Shown piece by piece: positions 51,181 to 61,868 of a DNA stretch of 64,000 nucleotides (the stretch's first letter is position 1; every line of letters begins with the position of its first letter). A model generated the notes under the pieces. That model was given only the letters and a program-made list of their open reading frames with translations. It ran no database searches and had not been told where the DNA came from. Made by a program: the position numbers and the translations under genes. The DNA is from Candidatus Poribacteria bacterium (GTDB lineage Bacteria; Poribacteria; WGA-4E; WGA-3G), in NCBI GenBank assembly GCA_963422705.1, contig OY730443.1:286694-350693 (forward strand). The letters run 5' to 3'.

Positions 51181-52446
51181 ATGGCTTACATAATTTGTGA
51201 ACCTTGTGTTGACGTGATGGATACGGCGTGCGTTGATGTTTGTCCTGTCGATTGCATTCATACCATAGAGGGCGAAAAACAACTTTATATTAACCCGGAT
51301 GAATGTATTGACTGCGCAGCATGTGAGCCCGCTTGCCCGGTTGATGCTATTAAAATGCAGGATGAAGTGCCGAATGAATGGGAATCCTACATAGAATTAA
51401 ACGCTAAATTTTTTGAGACATTCGTTAAACCGGAAAAAACGGGTGCCGCGTCAGATGATGGTGGAACGACAAAACAGATAAAAGAACAAGGTATTCCGGA
51501 AGAATTCGTGCTGTTTCCTGAAGCGCCTGCGACGTCGCTTCGCGCGCCCTTTGGGGTGTTAGCGATGCTTGGACAGCCCTTACTGGGTGCGTTCTCAGCT
51601 ACGTTTAAACAGCGACTTGAAGAGATGGCGGGAAACTCGCGTGTTTTTAGCGCTGCTGTTTCAACAGGCATTAATAGCTTAGTCAACCTGACGCTTTACC
51701 CCCTTCTGCTTTTCCTGTTCGGCGTAAAGTCCCGCGGCATTAGTCTTTTTACTAATGAAGGCAACCTGATGATTTTTTTCGGTATAGTCGCTGCGATTGT
51801 GGAAGGAATTTACCGGTTTAAAGATGAATTTGTTTCGAGTACGGAGACGGAACAGCCCCGCTACGGCGCAGCGTTCTACGGGTGGATACTTTCCCTCATC
51901 GCCACACCCATGTTAACAGTATTACGTTCAGCCTTGGTAATTGTCCCGACGCGTCCACGCGCCACGATGCCAGGCGCGGTGCTTACCGACGGTGCAATCT
52001 ACTCGGATGATGTCCGTGAGCGCTATAGGCGCTACGGTATGGTAAATCACATGGCAGAAAAGGCGAATTACTATCGGGTTGAAATTGAATTTCCAAGGTG
52101 GGTGCCAAATTCTGTTGCCAAAAAAGAGCATGAACTTCCTGATAGAATGCCGGACTACAGCTACGAAATCTCTTTGGCTACACCGTATACGCCTGACAAT
52201 ATTCCTGCCCCTGAAAGTATCTTAACTGTTCAGACGCAGCTGCACGATGCGAGGTTCGCAGAGGTTGTTGGTAGGACTAGTTCATTTCCGAAAGGCTTCA
52301 CGAATATTCTACTTATCCCCGGGCAGCCAGAGGATTTTCACGCAATCTATCGGAATAAAGTACTGACGATTATCGTCTCTAAGGCGGGGACATGTGAAGG
52401 GCTCGGGCTCGAACCGCCCCAGCACTATGCAAAGTTGAAAGGGTAA
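51181..52446 (+). CDS. 7Fe-ferredoxin (FdxA-like) N-terminal domain fused to an about 330-aa membrane/unknown domain
   Basis: CxxCxxxCP...CIDCAACEPACP cluster-binding pattern in the first 60 aa. Then ELNAKF. Then hydrophobic segments and a C-terminal unknown domain. Single uninterrupted frame. Confidence 0.55.
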   Translation: MAYIICEPCVDVMDTACVDVCPVDCIHTIEGEKQLYINPDECIDCAACEPACPVDAIKMQDEVPNEWESYIELNAKFFETFVKPEKTGAASDDGGTTKQIKEQGIPEEFVLFPEAPATSLRAPFGVLAMLGQPLLGAFSATFKQRLEEMAGNSRVFSAAVSTGINSLVNLTLYPLLLFLFGVKSRGISLFTNEGNLMIFFGIVAAIVEGIYRFKDEFVSSTETEQPRYGAAFYGWILSLIATPMLTVLRSALVIVPTRPRATMPGAVLTDGAIYSDDVRERYRRYGMVNHMAEKANYYRVEIEFPRWVPNSVAKKEHELPDRMPDYSYEISLATPYTPDNIPAPESILTVQTQLHDARFAEVVGRTSSFPKGFTNILLIPGQPEDFHAIYRNKVLTIIVSKAGTCEGLGLEPPQHYAKLKG

Positions 52447-52490
52447 TTTGTAGGAGAATATAGCCGTATCCTATAGATTTAGCGTCTTGG

Positions 52491-53963
52491 GTGATGTCCT
52501 CGTACAATGTTTTTCATCGTCTCACTAGGGCGTTTCCCTATTTTTATCCGTGCGTGGCGAACAGGAAATTTACTTCAACGATTATGCTGGATAAAACAGA
52601 GCTTGTTGCCTGGGATAAACGCTACCTCTGGCATCCTTTCACCCAGATGAAAGAGTGGCTAGACGAAATCCCTCTCATTATTGCGTCTGGCGAAGGTTGC
52701 TATCTGATTGATATAGACGGTAATCGGTATCTAGACGGTACCGCCTCTATGTGGACTAACATCCATGGGCACAACTGTCCTGAGCTGAACAGTGCGCTCA
52801 AAAAGCAGGTGGATAAAATAGCGCACGCCACACTGCTCGGTTGTAGCAATATCCCTGCAATTCAACTCGCTAAAAAGTTAGTAGAACTCACGCCGGCGGG
52901 ACTCAACAAGGTTTTTTACTCCGATAACGGTTCAACTGCTGTTGAAGTTGCACTGAAGATGGCGTATCAGTACTGGCGACACAAGGGAGAAACGCAACGG
53001 AAACGGTTCATTCACCTAGATAAAGCTTACCACGGTGATACCGTCGGCGCAATGAGTGTCGGTGGGATTGATAGTTTCCATACCACTTTTGATTCCCTCC
53101 TTTTTAAGGGCATCCGTGTGCCTGCGCCTTCAAGCTATCATGCCGCCGATGCATCGAATCGGCTCGGTTTTGAACAACGTGCCGCGTTCCCCTCGGTAAA
53201 AACGGACTGTCTCAACGAAATTGAACGCGTTCTAGGGCATCATTCCAAAGCAATTGCGGCCATCATTGTGGAGCCTCTCATTCAGGGTGCTGGGGGAATG
53301 ATTGTCTTCCCGAAAGGGTTTTTGAAAGGCGTTGCGCTGTTGGCTCAACGATATGAAACGCTTCTCATCGTTGATGAAGTGATGACAGGCTTCGGGCGTA
53401 CCGGGAAAATGTGGGCATGCGAACATGAGGAAGTTACCCCGGACTTACTCTGTACAGCAAAGGGTTTAGCTGGTGGTTACCTTCCCCTTGCCGCAACATT
53501 AAGTACAGATACTATCTACAATGCCTTCCTAGGCGAATATAGCGCCCTCAAAACCTTCTTTCATGGGCACACGTTTACCGGAAACCCGTTGGCCTGCGCC
53601 GTGGCGTTAGAAAATATCGCTATTTTCGAACGAGAGAATCTCCTCGCTCATCTTCAACCGACGATTCAGCATTTCACAGCGCGGCTTCAAGAATTTTGGA
53701 CGCTTCCACACGTGGGCGATGTGCGTGCATGCGGATTGGCAGCGGGAGTGGAATTGATAAAAAACCCGGAGAACCACGCTTCCTATCCACTGGAGGAGAA
53801 GGTGGGTATCCGGGTGTGTAAAGCAGCACTCGCTCGTGGGGCAGTGCTTCGCCCGCTTGTTAATACCTTGGTTCTGATGCCGCCGTTGCAAATTTCGCTC
53901 ACAGAGCTAGATGCTCTTTTGGATATTGCCTACGCGGCGATTGCAGAAGTGACAGGCGCATGA
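52491..53963 (+). CDS. bioA: adenosylmethionine-8-amino-7-oxononanoate aminotransferase
   Basis: Class-III aminotransferase. WTNIHGHN, LIVDEVMTGFGRTG. The start is probably MLDKTELVAWD (about 52581). Confidence 0.8.
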   Translation: MMSSYNVFHRLTRAFPYFYPCVANRKFTSTIMLDKTELVAWDKRYLWHPFTQMKEWLDEIPLIIASGEGCYLIDIDGNRYLDGTASMWTNIHGHNCPELNSALKKQVDKIAHATLLGCSNIPAIQLAKKLVELTPAGLNKVFYSDNGSTAVEVALKMAYQYWRHKGETQRKRFIHLDKAYHGDTVGAMSVGGIDSFHTTFDSLLFKGIRVPAPSSYHAADASNRLGFEQRAAFPSVKTDCLNEIERVLGHHSKAIAAIIVEPLIQGAGGMIVFPKGFLKGVALLAQRYETLLIVDEVMTGFGRTGKMWACEHEEVTPDLLCTAKGLAGGYLPLAATLSTDTIYNAFLGEYSALKTFFHGHTFTGNPLACAVALENIAIFERENLLAHLQPTIQHFTARLQEFWTLPHVGDVRACGLAAGVELIKNPENHASYPLEEKVGIRVCKAALARGAVLRPLVNTLVLMPPLQISLTELDALLDIAYAAIAEVTGA

Positions 53964-54026
53964 TAAGTTTCTCAGACAATCAAGTTCCGTTAAAAATCTG
54001 GGGTGCCCCTTTAATGACACGCAAGC

Positions 54027-56168
54027 TTAGAAACTTGCCCGGCCAACCGCCATATTTCCGGCGTTATCTGTCACCTGAATTGTAATGGAGTGTGCACCTT
54101 CCGAAAGGGCTCCGGTTTCCAATAAGAGCTGCTCCCGCTTGGAATCGAAAATTCCGTCGTTAGGGAAAATAACCCGCCACTGTTCGTCATTATCAATCTT
54201 ATAGACTGCCTTTTGAATGCGGTTCATCGCGTCGATAACGTCACAGGTAATTTTGTAAGTTCCATCTTCATTAGCAGTCGCTTGGATAGCATCGACAATC
54301 GGTTGGGTATTATCGACATCAAACGGCTTGCTAATTTTCTCTGCCGATTTCTCCCATCCAACCGGATTGCTCAATTTGTCCGTCGCGACGACTTTAAGGG
54401 CGTATCTCCCATCTGCAACAGAAGCGATATCCCATTCATAGTTCGCCTGCGATAATTCTTTCTTAAGGATTTTCCAATTCGTTTCCTCAACAGCTTTATA
54501 GTAGAGCGTAAACTGCAATTTATCTTGATTGGCATCCTCAACCTTCCAATTAATTTTCCATTTTTTAGAAGGTGTATCAGCATTACCATTTGGCCTGCTG
54601 TTATCACCGCCGGAACGCCTACCGGGTGGAGGCACTCCACTCCCTGGAGAACGTCTACCTGTATCCCTATTGCCCGTTCTGCTGTCGTCATTCACCGCAA
54701 CGCTCGTGAACTTTGGTTCAATATTCACCTGTAGAGAGGCAAGGGAGACTTTTTTCAAGACAGGTGTTTTCGCGTCTTCGCTCGTTGTGAATGTCGCGCG
54801 CCACTGTATATACTGTCCATCTGGGTTTAAGATTTGGGAGCCTGCTGCGGTTGTTAATTCGTTGGACCAGGGGCTCCAAGTATCATCCGGTTTTCGCGTT
54901 TTACCCGAGCGAGTTGAAAAAGTGATAGCGGTGCCTTCGGCAACCTCGGCTTCCCAGGAGAGTTTTCCCCAACGTGAGAGACTTTTCGCATTATGAACTG
55001 CAGATTCAAGCGTTCCTTCTTTAATATATGTTGGCATAAGCATAAAGAGTTTTCCGGGATTTCCTGTCGCGAGTAACGTATGCAGGTTACCGTCTACCTC
55101 TTTTTGATGGATTGCCAAAATCTGGCTTCCGGGGGCTTTGCCGAGTTCAATGGAATCTCCTGTTATCGGATTAACTCGGTACAACTTACCTCTATCGCCG
55201 GTTCCGGCTAAAAGTTGTGAGTCATTTTCGAGTATCATTGTTAAGATAAGTGGCTCTGGGGAGGCCCAAATCGACATCGCGGTTCCATCTGGACGAATCT
55301 TGTAAATATTAGATGAGTTCTCTTGCGGGGGGCCGCCGCCTGGTGGTGGGGGGCTGCTAGGTGTTGGGGGGCCATTTGCGCGTCGACCCCTATTGGGTTC
55401 AGCGGGGGCAGATGTCACCGTGGCTGCATAGAGATTTCCTTTGCTATCCGTAACAAGTGCTCGAACCTCTTTCTCCTTTGCCTGGTAGATAACGTTCCCT
55501 GTACCGTCTGCCGTGACACGGTAGATAATGCCATTATCACTGCTGCCGGCATAGAATCCGTCTTCTACAGGGAGCAAGGACATAATATTTTTTTCTTCGG
55601 CATCAAATAGCACGGTGGCTTCGCCCTCAGGTGTAATTTTGTAAATTTTTCCATCAGTGCCTGTTGCGGCGTAGAGATTCCCCCTTTTATCAAATTGCAG
55701 CGCCCAGACATATTTATCGCCTTTACTCAAAATAGTTTGCGGGGGAGTAGTTGCATCAGTAATTTTGTAAATTAACCCGTCAGGGCCCGTCCCCGCGTAG
55801 AGGGTATCATCCGCTCCGATAGCAAGGCTATAGATAGTAACTTCAGGGGAGTCATAGAAGAGTTCGGCTGTATCACTTCCATGACTAATTTTATAAATTT
55901 TGCCGTCGTTTCCAGTTGCAGCATAAAGGTTGTTTGCCGAATCCCCGGCAAGCGCCCAAACCTGGTTCTCTTTCAATTCCGTGAAGTTTTCTATCTTCGG
56001 TGCTAACATTACATCACCTTGGCTAGTCATCGAGAGGTTTTTCGGTTTTCCTGTCTCAAAATCAGGTTGATGTTGTTGTTCCCATAGAGATGTTTTGACA
56101 GCAGACGCAATGCTGATATAAATAAGAACGGTTAAAATAAGACTCCAAAAGGAGATGATTCGGCGCAT
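54027..56168 (-). CDS. secreted beta-propeller repeat protein with a C-terminal Ig-like domain
   Basis: Signal peptide. Repeated GNLYAATG.DGKIYKI blades. Pro/Gly-rich linker. C-terminal beta-sandwich. Confidence 0.5.
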   Translation of the reverse strand: MRRIISFWSLILTVLIYISIASAVKTSLWEQQHQPDFETGKPKNLSMTSQGDVMLAPKIENFTELKENQVWALAGDSANNLYAATGNDGKIYKISHGSDTAELFYDSPEVTIYSLAIGADDTLYAGTGPDGLIYKITDATTPPQTILSKGDKYVWALQFDKRGNLYAATGTDGKIYKITPEGEATVLFDAEEKNIMSLLPVEDGFYAGSSDNGIIYRVTADGTGNVIYQAKEKEVRALVTDSKGNLYAATVTSAPAEPNRGRRANGPPTPSSPPPPGGGPPQENSSNIYKIRPDGTAMSIWASPEPLILTMILENDSQLLAGTGDRGKLYRVNPITGDSIELGKAPGSQILAIHQKEVDGNLHTLLATGNPGKLFMLMPTYIKEGTLESAVHNAKSLSRWGKLSWEAEVAEGTAITFSTRSGKTRKPDDTWSPWSNELTTAAGSQILNPDGQYIQWRATFTTSEDAKTPVLKKVSLASLQVNIEPKFTSVAVNDDSRTGNRDTGRRSPGSGVPPPGRRSGGDNSRPNGNADTPSKKWKINWKVEDANQDKLQFTLYYKAVEETNWKILKKELSQANYEWDIASVADGRYALKVVATDKLSNPVGWEKSAEKISKPFDVDNTQPIVDAIQATANEDGTYKITCDVIDAMNRIQKAVYKIDNDEQWRVIFPNDGIFDSKREQLLLETGALSEGAHSITIQVTDNAGNMAVGRASF

Positions 56169-56278
56169 TAGACAATACCCTCCTATAGATGATTATCGTC
56201 TTTTTTATCCAATCAAGTTCTATGCGAGTAACCCGCGTCCCTTCTAGACGGGTTTTATTGTGCATTCGTGGATGTTAT

Positions 56279-58270
56279 CTACTGAGCGTTCCTATCTACG
56301 GCGAAGCGCATGAATCCGCTTCCAGAGATAACATAATCCGTCGATATTTTGTTACGTTGTAACCGAGTGCTCGTCGTATAACCACTTTGCCCCAACTGTT
56401 TTGCGGTGTTCATCACAGACATAACAGAAGTCGGTAGGTTGGCGAATTCTTCACCTTGAACAGTTAACCCCGGTTTTGGAACAAAGAGTTCAAGGATTAC
56501 ATCGGTGTTTCTCTCATCGAGTTGTAGCAGTTCAACAAGATGGTTGATGTTCTTAGGGCGAAAATTCAGTGGTGCGCGTGAACGTTCCCAAAACTCATAG
56601 GAGTTTGCATTTGCCGCAATCAGTGTGACAATTCCATCCGGTGTATCCTTGGGAATGGTAATCGTCCCGGTTTGCGTAAATGTTCTTTCAAGATAGGGCT
56701 TTAACGTCAGCTCTACTCCTACTGTTTCCCCTGGATGATAGCGAAGCTTATCAATTTGGATACCTACAACGACAGCCGCTCGTCGTTTATCCTCTACCTT
56801 CAAATTCAACGTGATGTTTTCTACTTCAACCTTTGTATATGAATTGTTAATCAACTGGAGCATCGGTAGCATCAGCGTGTTCATGACATGCATTCCTGGT
56901 GAACCCCTTGAAGAAAAAACGTTATTGAAAGTCAGTTCCCGGGATGTCAATCCAGCCTGTTCCTTCAAGTTAATGGTAGCCGCAAAATTAAGGGTGTGTT
57001 CATTGGAATAGAATTCAAGCGCGTCTAAGAAATACCATGCCCCTACTCCGGAATAAAGCGGCGTGAAACTGCGGTGTCGTACCACTTCATAGTATTTCTC
57101 GTGTTGTTTTCCGTCACTTGTTTGCAACGTAACATTTACTGGAAGGTAACTGGGGTGCTTTCCGATAATGCCGGCAATAGCAGGCTCCCTGTCTTGCACG
57201 AGTGTACCGATTGGCTGAGTGGGTACCGCGACTTTGAAGGAACGGGTTCGACTTGGGAAAACAAAATTCACCGCACCCCCAGAAGCGGGCATATTGACAT
57301 TGCCTTCAGCAAAACTAGGGTGCCCATATGCGAGAAACTGATTGCCATCGATGTAAGTTATCGTTCCATATCCGAAAAAGGAGACATCGCCTCGCACCAG
57401 TTCTGTTCCAATCGTCTGTGCTTCCTCAACGGGCGATTTTTTTATCGCACTTCCACCCCCCGCCGATTGGACGGGGATAAAGTTGAATTTGTCAAACAGG
57501 GGTTTAAGAATGTGCATCATATCCGAATTCAGGATAGGAAGCGCGATAGGTGTCTGCAGCTGCGCAGCACTAACACGGGGAGATATACTAGAAATATTTT
57601 CTAGCAAGTTAACATCAAAAGCGGGCTGCGTCTCGACAATTTTTCCGTCATTAAAGAGAGATGCCACTACATCAAGTCCTGCCGTTGCAGTTTCCGGGTT
57701 AAGATTGAAGAGTTGAGTCCCTTCATAACTTAAGTTTGGTTCCATGCCGCGCTCAGTGATTTTTACCATCAACTCAAACGGCGTTACGCCAAAAATATTG
57801 GAGTGTTCCCGTTGATTGAAGTACCCGAGTGATAGCGCGCCCATGAGTCTGCCATCAACATACATAGGACTTCCACTCATGCCACCTGCCACACCTACCC
57901 GCTTAAAATTGTCACTGAGTCCTTCACACCAGACGACATGCCATCCTGGGTAAAAGTTGTATGTAATGTTCACAATTTCGTAGTCAAATTCTTCGACGGT
58001 TATCCCGGAAAACACGGTATACCCCTTGCCCCGCATCCCGGGGGTAACTTCGGATAGCGGCATAAACTTCTCTGCATCCCATTTAATTTCTGCGTAGCCG
58101 CGAAGTCCGCCGAGGCATAACATCACCACTGCACAAAGCCAGACTTTTTTCACAACGTTCACTCCTTTTCGCTCATTAAGAAATCCGTTATCGTATTTTG
58201 TGCTACAACGATTTTGCGAACCCATTCCAACAAAAGTGTGATTCGTAAAATATGCTAACATATCAAGCAC
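56279..58270 (-). CDS. peptidase S55 (SpoIVB-like) family serine protease homolog
   Basis: GMSGSPMY catalytic Ser block with an upstream His region. The signal sequence suggests a start at VKKVWLCAVVML. Confidence 0.5.
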   Translation of the reverse strand: MLDMLAYFTNHTFVGMGSQNRCSTKYDNGFLNERKGVNVVKKVWLCAVVMLCLGGLRGYAEIKWDAEKFMPLSEVTPGMRGKGYTVFSGITVEEFDYEIVNITYNFYPGWHVVWCEGLSDNFKRVGVAGGMSGSPMYVDGRLMGALSLGYFNQREHSNIFGVTPFELMVKITERGMEPNLSYEGTQLFNLNPETATAGLDVVASLFNDGKIVETQPAFDVNLLENISSISPRVSAAQLQTPIALPILNSDMMHILKPLFDKFNFIPVQSAGGGSAIKKSPVEEAQTIGTELVRGDVSFFGYGTITYIDGNQFLAYGHPSFAEGNVNMPASGGAVNFVFPSRTRSFKVAVPTQPIGTLVQDREPAIAGIIGKHPSYLPVNVTLQTSDGKQHEKYYEVVRHRSFTPLYSGVGAWYFLDALEFYSNEHTLNFAATINLKEQAGLTSRELTFNNVFSSRGSPGMHVMNTLMLPMLQLINNSYTKVEVENITLNLKVEDKRRAAVVVGIQIDKLRYHPGETVGVELTLKPYLERTFTQTGTITIPKDTPDGIVTLIAANANSYEFWERSRAPLNFRPKNINHLVELLQLDERNTDVILELFVPKPGLTVQGEEFANLPTSVMSVMNTAKQLGQSGYTTSTRLQRNKISTDYVISGSGFMRFAVDRNAQ

Positions 58271-58421
58271 TCACATGTCAAACGTAATTCTCCAAAAAGA
58301 TTTCCGCTTTTCTGAGTCTATCAATTCACAATTTCATTCGTACTTGACACGTTTAAGAACTTTTGTTAACCTAGCACATAACACGTATGCTTGCAAGGGA
58401 TAAGCTTGATAGGGATATAAA

Positions 58422-59903
58422 ATGCGGAAATCTGCTTATATTCTTTCAATTGATGAAGGCACAACCGGGACAACCGTTCTACTTGTTGACGAACAGGGGG
58501 CTATTGCGAGGCAGGGCTACCGCGAATTTACGCAATATTATCCACAACCTGGCTGGGTAGAACACGACGCGGAAGAAATTTGGCGGGTTACGCAAGAGGC
58601 GATAGCGGATGTAATTAGCCACCCAGATACTAGAGCAAGTATTGCGGCAATCGGGATTGCCAATCAGCGCGAAACCACTGTCATTTGGGAACGCCGTTCT
58701 GGAAAGCCAATCCATCCAGCGATTGTATGGCAGTGCCGTCGTACGTCAGATATCTGCAAATCGCTCAAACACCAAGGGTTCGAAGAACTGGTAAAGGCAA
58801 AAACCGGCCTTCTCCTTGATGCTTATTTTTCAAGCACAAAAGTTAGCTGGATTCTGGACCGGGTTAGCGGCGCGAGAGAGCAGGCGGAGCAGGGAAAACT
58901 TGCCTTTGGCACGATAGATACATGGCTTTTGTGGAAATTGACAAACGGAAGTGTGCATAAAACCGATTATACAAACGCCTCTCGAACTCAACTCTTTAAT
59001 ATTAATACCCTTTGTTGGGACTCAACGTTATCCGATATTTTCAGCGTTCCACAAGCGATTTTACCCGAGGTTTGCCCATCAGGATGCATATTTGGCACGG
59101 TGCAAAAGGGGCCTCTTGAAGGCGTACCGATTGCCGGCATTGCCGGCGACCAGCAGGCTGCCCTCTTCGGCAACTTATGTCTCACATCGGAGATGGCGAA
59201 GAACACCTATGGCACAGGCTGTTTCTTGATGGTGAATACGGGGGCGCAACGGGTGCATTCAGAAACCGGTTTATTGACAACACTCGCTTGTAGTTTTACT
59301 GAAGAACCCGTTTATGCATTGGAAGGAAGCGTGTTTATTGGAGGGGCCGCAGTGCAATGGCTTCGAGATGGAATCCAGATTATTGCCACTGCATCGGAAA
59401 CGGCTGATGCTGCAAACCGTGTTTCTGATTCTGGTGATGTTTTCGTCGTGCCAGCGTTTACCGGGCTCGGCGCCCCACATTGGGACAGTGAGGCAAGAGG
59501 CGCTATTTTCGGCTTAACCCGTGGGACGACGCGCGAGCATATCATTCGCGCTACGTTAGAGGCGATTGCCCTCCAATCCGCAAATTTGGTTACGGCGATG
59601 TTCGACGATGTTGGAATAACGCTTCAACAATTACGGGTAGATGGCGGTGCTGCCGCTAACGATTTTTTGATGCAGTTTCAGGCAGATATTTTGGGAATCC
59701 CTGTCGAACGCCCATCTCAAATTGAAACAACAGGTTTGGGTGCAGCATACCTTGCAGGAATTGTGGCTGGCGTATGGCAAGACGTTGCAGAACTAGAGGG
59801 ATACCGAACAATTAATCGTGTCTTTTTGCCGCAAATGGATGCAATGCAACGCGCCGAAAAACTGATAGGGTGGAAAGACGCTGTGAAACGAGTGATGTGC
59901 TAA
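58422..59903 (+). CDS. glpK: glycerol kinase
   Basis: FGGY kinase motifs IDEGTTGT, GIANQRETT, WQCRRT, GDQQAALFG, AYLAG. Colinear with E. coli GlpK across the whole length. Confidence 0.85.
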   Translation: MRKSAYILSIDEGTTGTTVLLVDEQGAIARQGYREFTQYYPQPGWVEHDAEEIWRVTQEAIADVISHPDTRASIAAIGIANQRETTVIWERRSGKPIHPAIVWQCRRTSDICKSLKHQGFEELVKAKTGLLLDAYFSSTKVSWILDRVSGAREQAEQGKLAFGTIDTWLLWKLTNGSVHKTDYTNASRTQLFNINTLCWDSTLSDIFSVPQAILPEVCPSGCIFGTVQKGPLEGVPIAGIAGDQQAALFGNLCLTSEMAKNTYGTGCFLMVNTGAQRVHSETGLLTTLACSFTEEPVYALEGSVFIGGAAVQWLRDGIQIIATASETADAANRVSDSGDVFVVPAFTGLGAPHWDSEARGAIFGLTRGTTREHIIRATLEAIALQSANLVTAMFDDVGITLQQLRVDGGAAANDFLMQFQADILGIPVERPSQIETTGLGAAYLAGIVAGVWQDVAELEGYRTINRVFLPQMDAMQRAEKLIGWKDAVKRVMC

Positions 59904-59985
59904 AATGTGTCCCGCCACCCTCTTCTGCTATTAACTAGAAAAATGTCTCTGTTGCCCGTCCGAACTTCACGATAAAACATGAAAA

Positions 59986-61752
59986 ATGCGACTCCAATGG
60001 AAATACTCTCTGGTTATTAACCTCACGGTGCTCATCGTATTAGTGGCATTTTACTTTTTTGATAGTATTCGTGTGCGCCGTGACATGAATGCGCTCCATG
60101 CTTTAGGGGCTGAGCGCGGCGCGGAACTGAAAAAAATCGCTGAGAATACGATACTGCCACATGTTGTCAAAGAACTTGAGACAGCACACGGTTTTGATGC
60201 CGCGCGAATTGATGCAGTCCTCCAGAAACTCAAGCGGGAACACCCGGATATGCAAGAGGTACGAAATGTTCACATCTCCTTAGATAATACTCGCATTCGT
60301 TCTAGTCTACTCCCCCACGGCGATATAACCGATATTAACCTAGACGCGGCAACTCTCGCCCAAATTGAGACAAAAGGCGCGAAAATAGACACGATGGAAG
60401 GACAGAACGCAACCGCCATCGTTATTAAATACCTCGTGTCGCTGGCAACCCCAAAGCAGATAGAACTTTCGAACCGATACGGGAATCCGCCGTTACAGTT
60501 AGCATACGAAACCATATTAGACAGGGGAAGTATCCACTTTGAACTGTGGAAAGCGCTCGTTGCAAATAATATTCATATGCTAGACGCAGCTGTGACAGTG
60601 GAAGAACAAGGGACGCGATGGCAGATTGCGGATAAGGAAAAAGAGAATTTCTATACTTTATGGAAGGACGGGGACACCCTGTGGGTACAAAAAAGGCAGG
60701 TCGGATATATCCGCGTCCTTTTTAACGTGCCAGATATTGACAAGTCCATCCGGAATTCCCTGTTGATGCACGCCGCCCTTATTGTCATTGTCGGGGCCTT
60801 GCTCGTTATTTTGATTGATTTCACGACGAATCATCTCGTTATGAAACCGTTAGAACGTATGACACGCATTATCCAGAGCGGTAAAGAATTGGAAGAGTAC
60901 CCGGGCGTCTTAAGAAATCAAACACCACCTATAGAGGGGTACTCCTCGGATGAAATTGGCAAAGCAACCTATAATCTTGCCCGCATGCTGTGGCAATTAA
61001 GAGAATCCCACTCGAAACGTATTGCGGCGTTGGGGCAGCTTACCGCAGGGGTTGCACACGAAATCCGGAATCCCCTGAATTCAATTGGGATGACAGCACA
61101 ACATCTGAAGATGGTTTTCTCACAACCCAAAGTAGAGCCCGACGATATTGAGGAAGCAAAAGAGCTTTTAGATATCGTTAACCAAAAAATTGAAGAACTG
61201 AAGCAGATTTCAGAGCAATTTCTCTCACTAAATCGCCCGCGGAAACTTAACATCGCGCCGGTTAATCTCAATTCTCTTGTGGAAGGTGTTCTTTCTGAAT
61301 TTGTGCTCATAGCGAAAAATGCAGACGTCTCAGTCATCCGAAATTACGACATGAACCTCCCCAATGTTGAGTTGGATGTAGCGTTAATGCGGCAAACGCT
61401 CTTTAATTTTGTGCAAAATAGCATCCAAGCGATGCCCAAGGGCGGAAGCATCTACATCACGACATCGCAGGCACAATGGAATAATCAGGTGTACGTAGTC
61501 CTTGAAATTCGGGATACGGGTATCGGGATACCGGAGGAAATTCAAGGGGAGATTTATGATGCCTACTTTACAACGAAGGATGCAACCGGTGGTATCGGGC
61601 TCGGGCTCGCAATTTCACATCAAATTATTACCGCACACCACGGAAAGATTGACATGAAAAGCAAGATGGGGATGGGAACAGCTTTTAAAATTAGTCTGCC
61701 ACTCAACAGCAATCTCTTCGTAGATGGAAAAATTCAGGATTCCCTAAACTGA
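59986..61752 (+). CDS. sensor histidine kinase
   Basis: N-terminal TM segment and periplasmic domain. HisKA AHEIRNPLNSI. HATPase G-boxes DTGIGIP, GIGLGLAIS. Confidence 0.8.
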   Translation: MRLQWKYSLVINLTVLIVLVAFYFFDSIRVRRDMNALHALGAERGAELKKIAENTILPHVVKELETAHGFDAARIDAVLQKLKREHPDMQEVRNVHISLDNTRIRSSLLPHGDITDINLDAATLAQIETKGAKIDTMEGQNATAIVIKYLVSLATPKQIELSNRYGNPPLQLAYETILDRGSIHFELWKALVANNIHMLDAAVTVEEQGTRWQIADKEKENFYTLWKDGDTLWVQKRQVGYIRVLFNVPDIDKSIRNSLLMHAALIVIVGALLVILIDFTTNHLVMKPLERMTRIIQSGKELEEYPGVLRNQTPPIEGYSSDEIGKATYNLARMLWQLRESHSKRIAALGQLTAGVAHEIRNPLNSIGMTAQHLKMVFSQPKVEPDDIEEAKELLDIVNQKIEELKQISEQFLSLNRPRKLNIAPVNLNSLVEGVLSEFVLIAKNADVSVIRNYDMNLPNVELDVALMRQTLFNFVQNSIQAMPKGGSIYITTSQAQWNNQVYVVLEIRDTGIGIPEEIQGEIYDAYFTTKDATGGIGLGLAISHQIITAHHGKIDMKSKMGMGTAFKISLPLNSNLFVDGKIQDSLN

Positions 61753-61868
61753 AGATGTTTCTCTTCATCTCCACAGATTTTTCCTCTTGTAAAGACGATT
61801 AGGAGCGAGGTACCCAACCAGTGGCCTCGGGTACGATTGGGAAATCATAAAAGAGGAGATACCATAAC

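Noticed and set aside
52470-52500. 'tttagcgtcttgggtgatgtcc' upstream of bioA, resembling the copy C RE hairpin
   Set aside because: Only a short partial match (tttagcgt.t.gggtg.t) with no paired stem partner. It is probably a chance match or an old, heavily eroded remnant.
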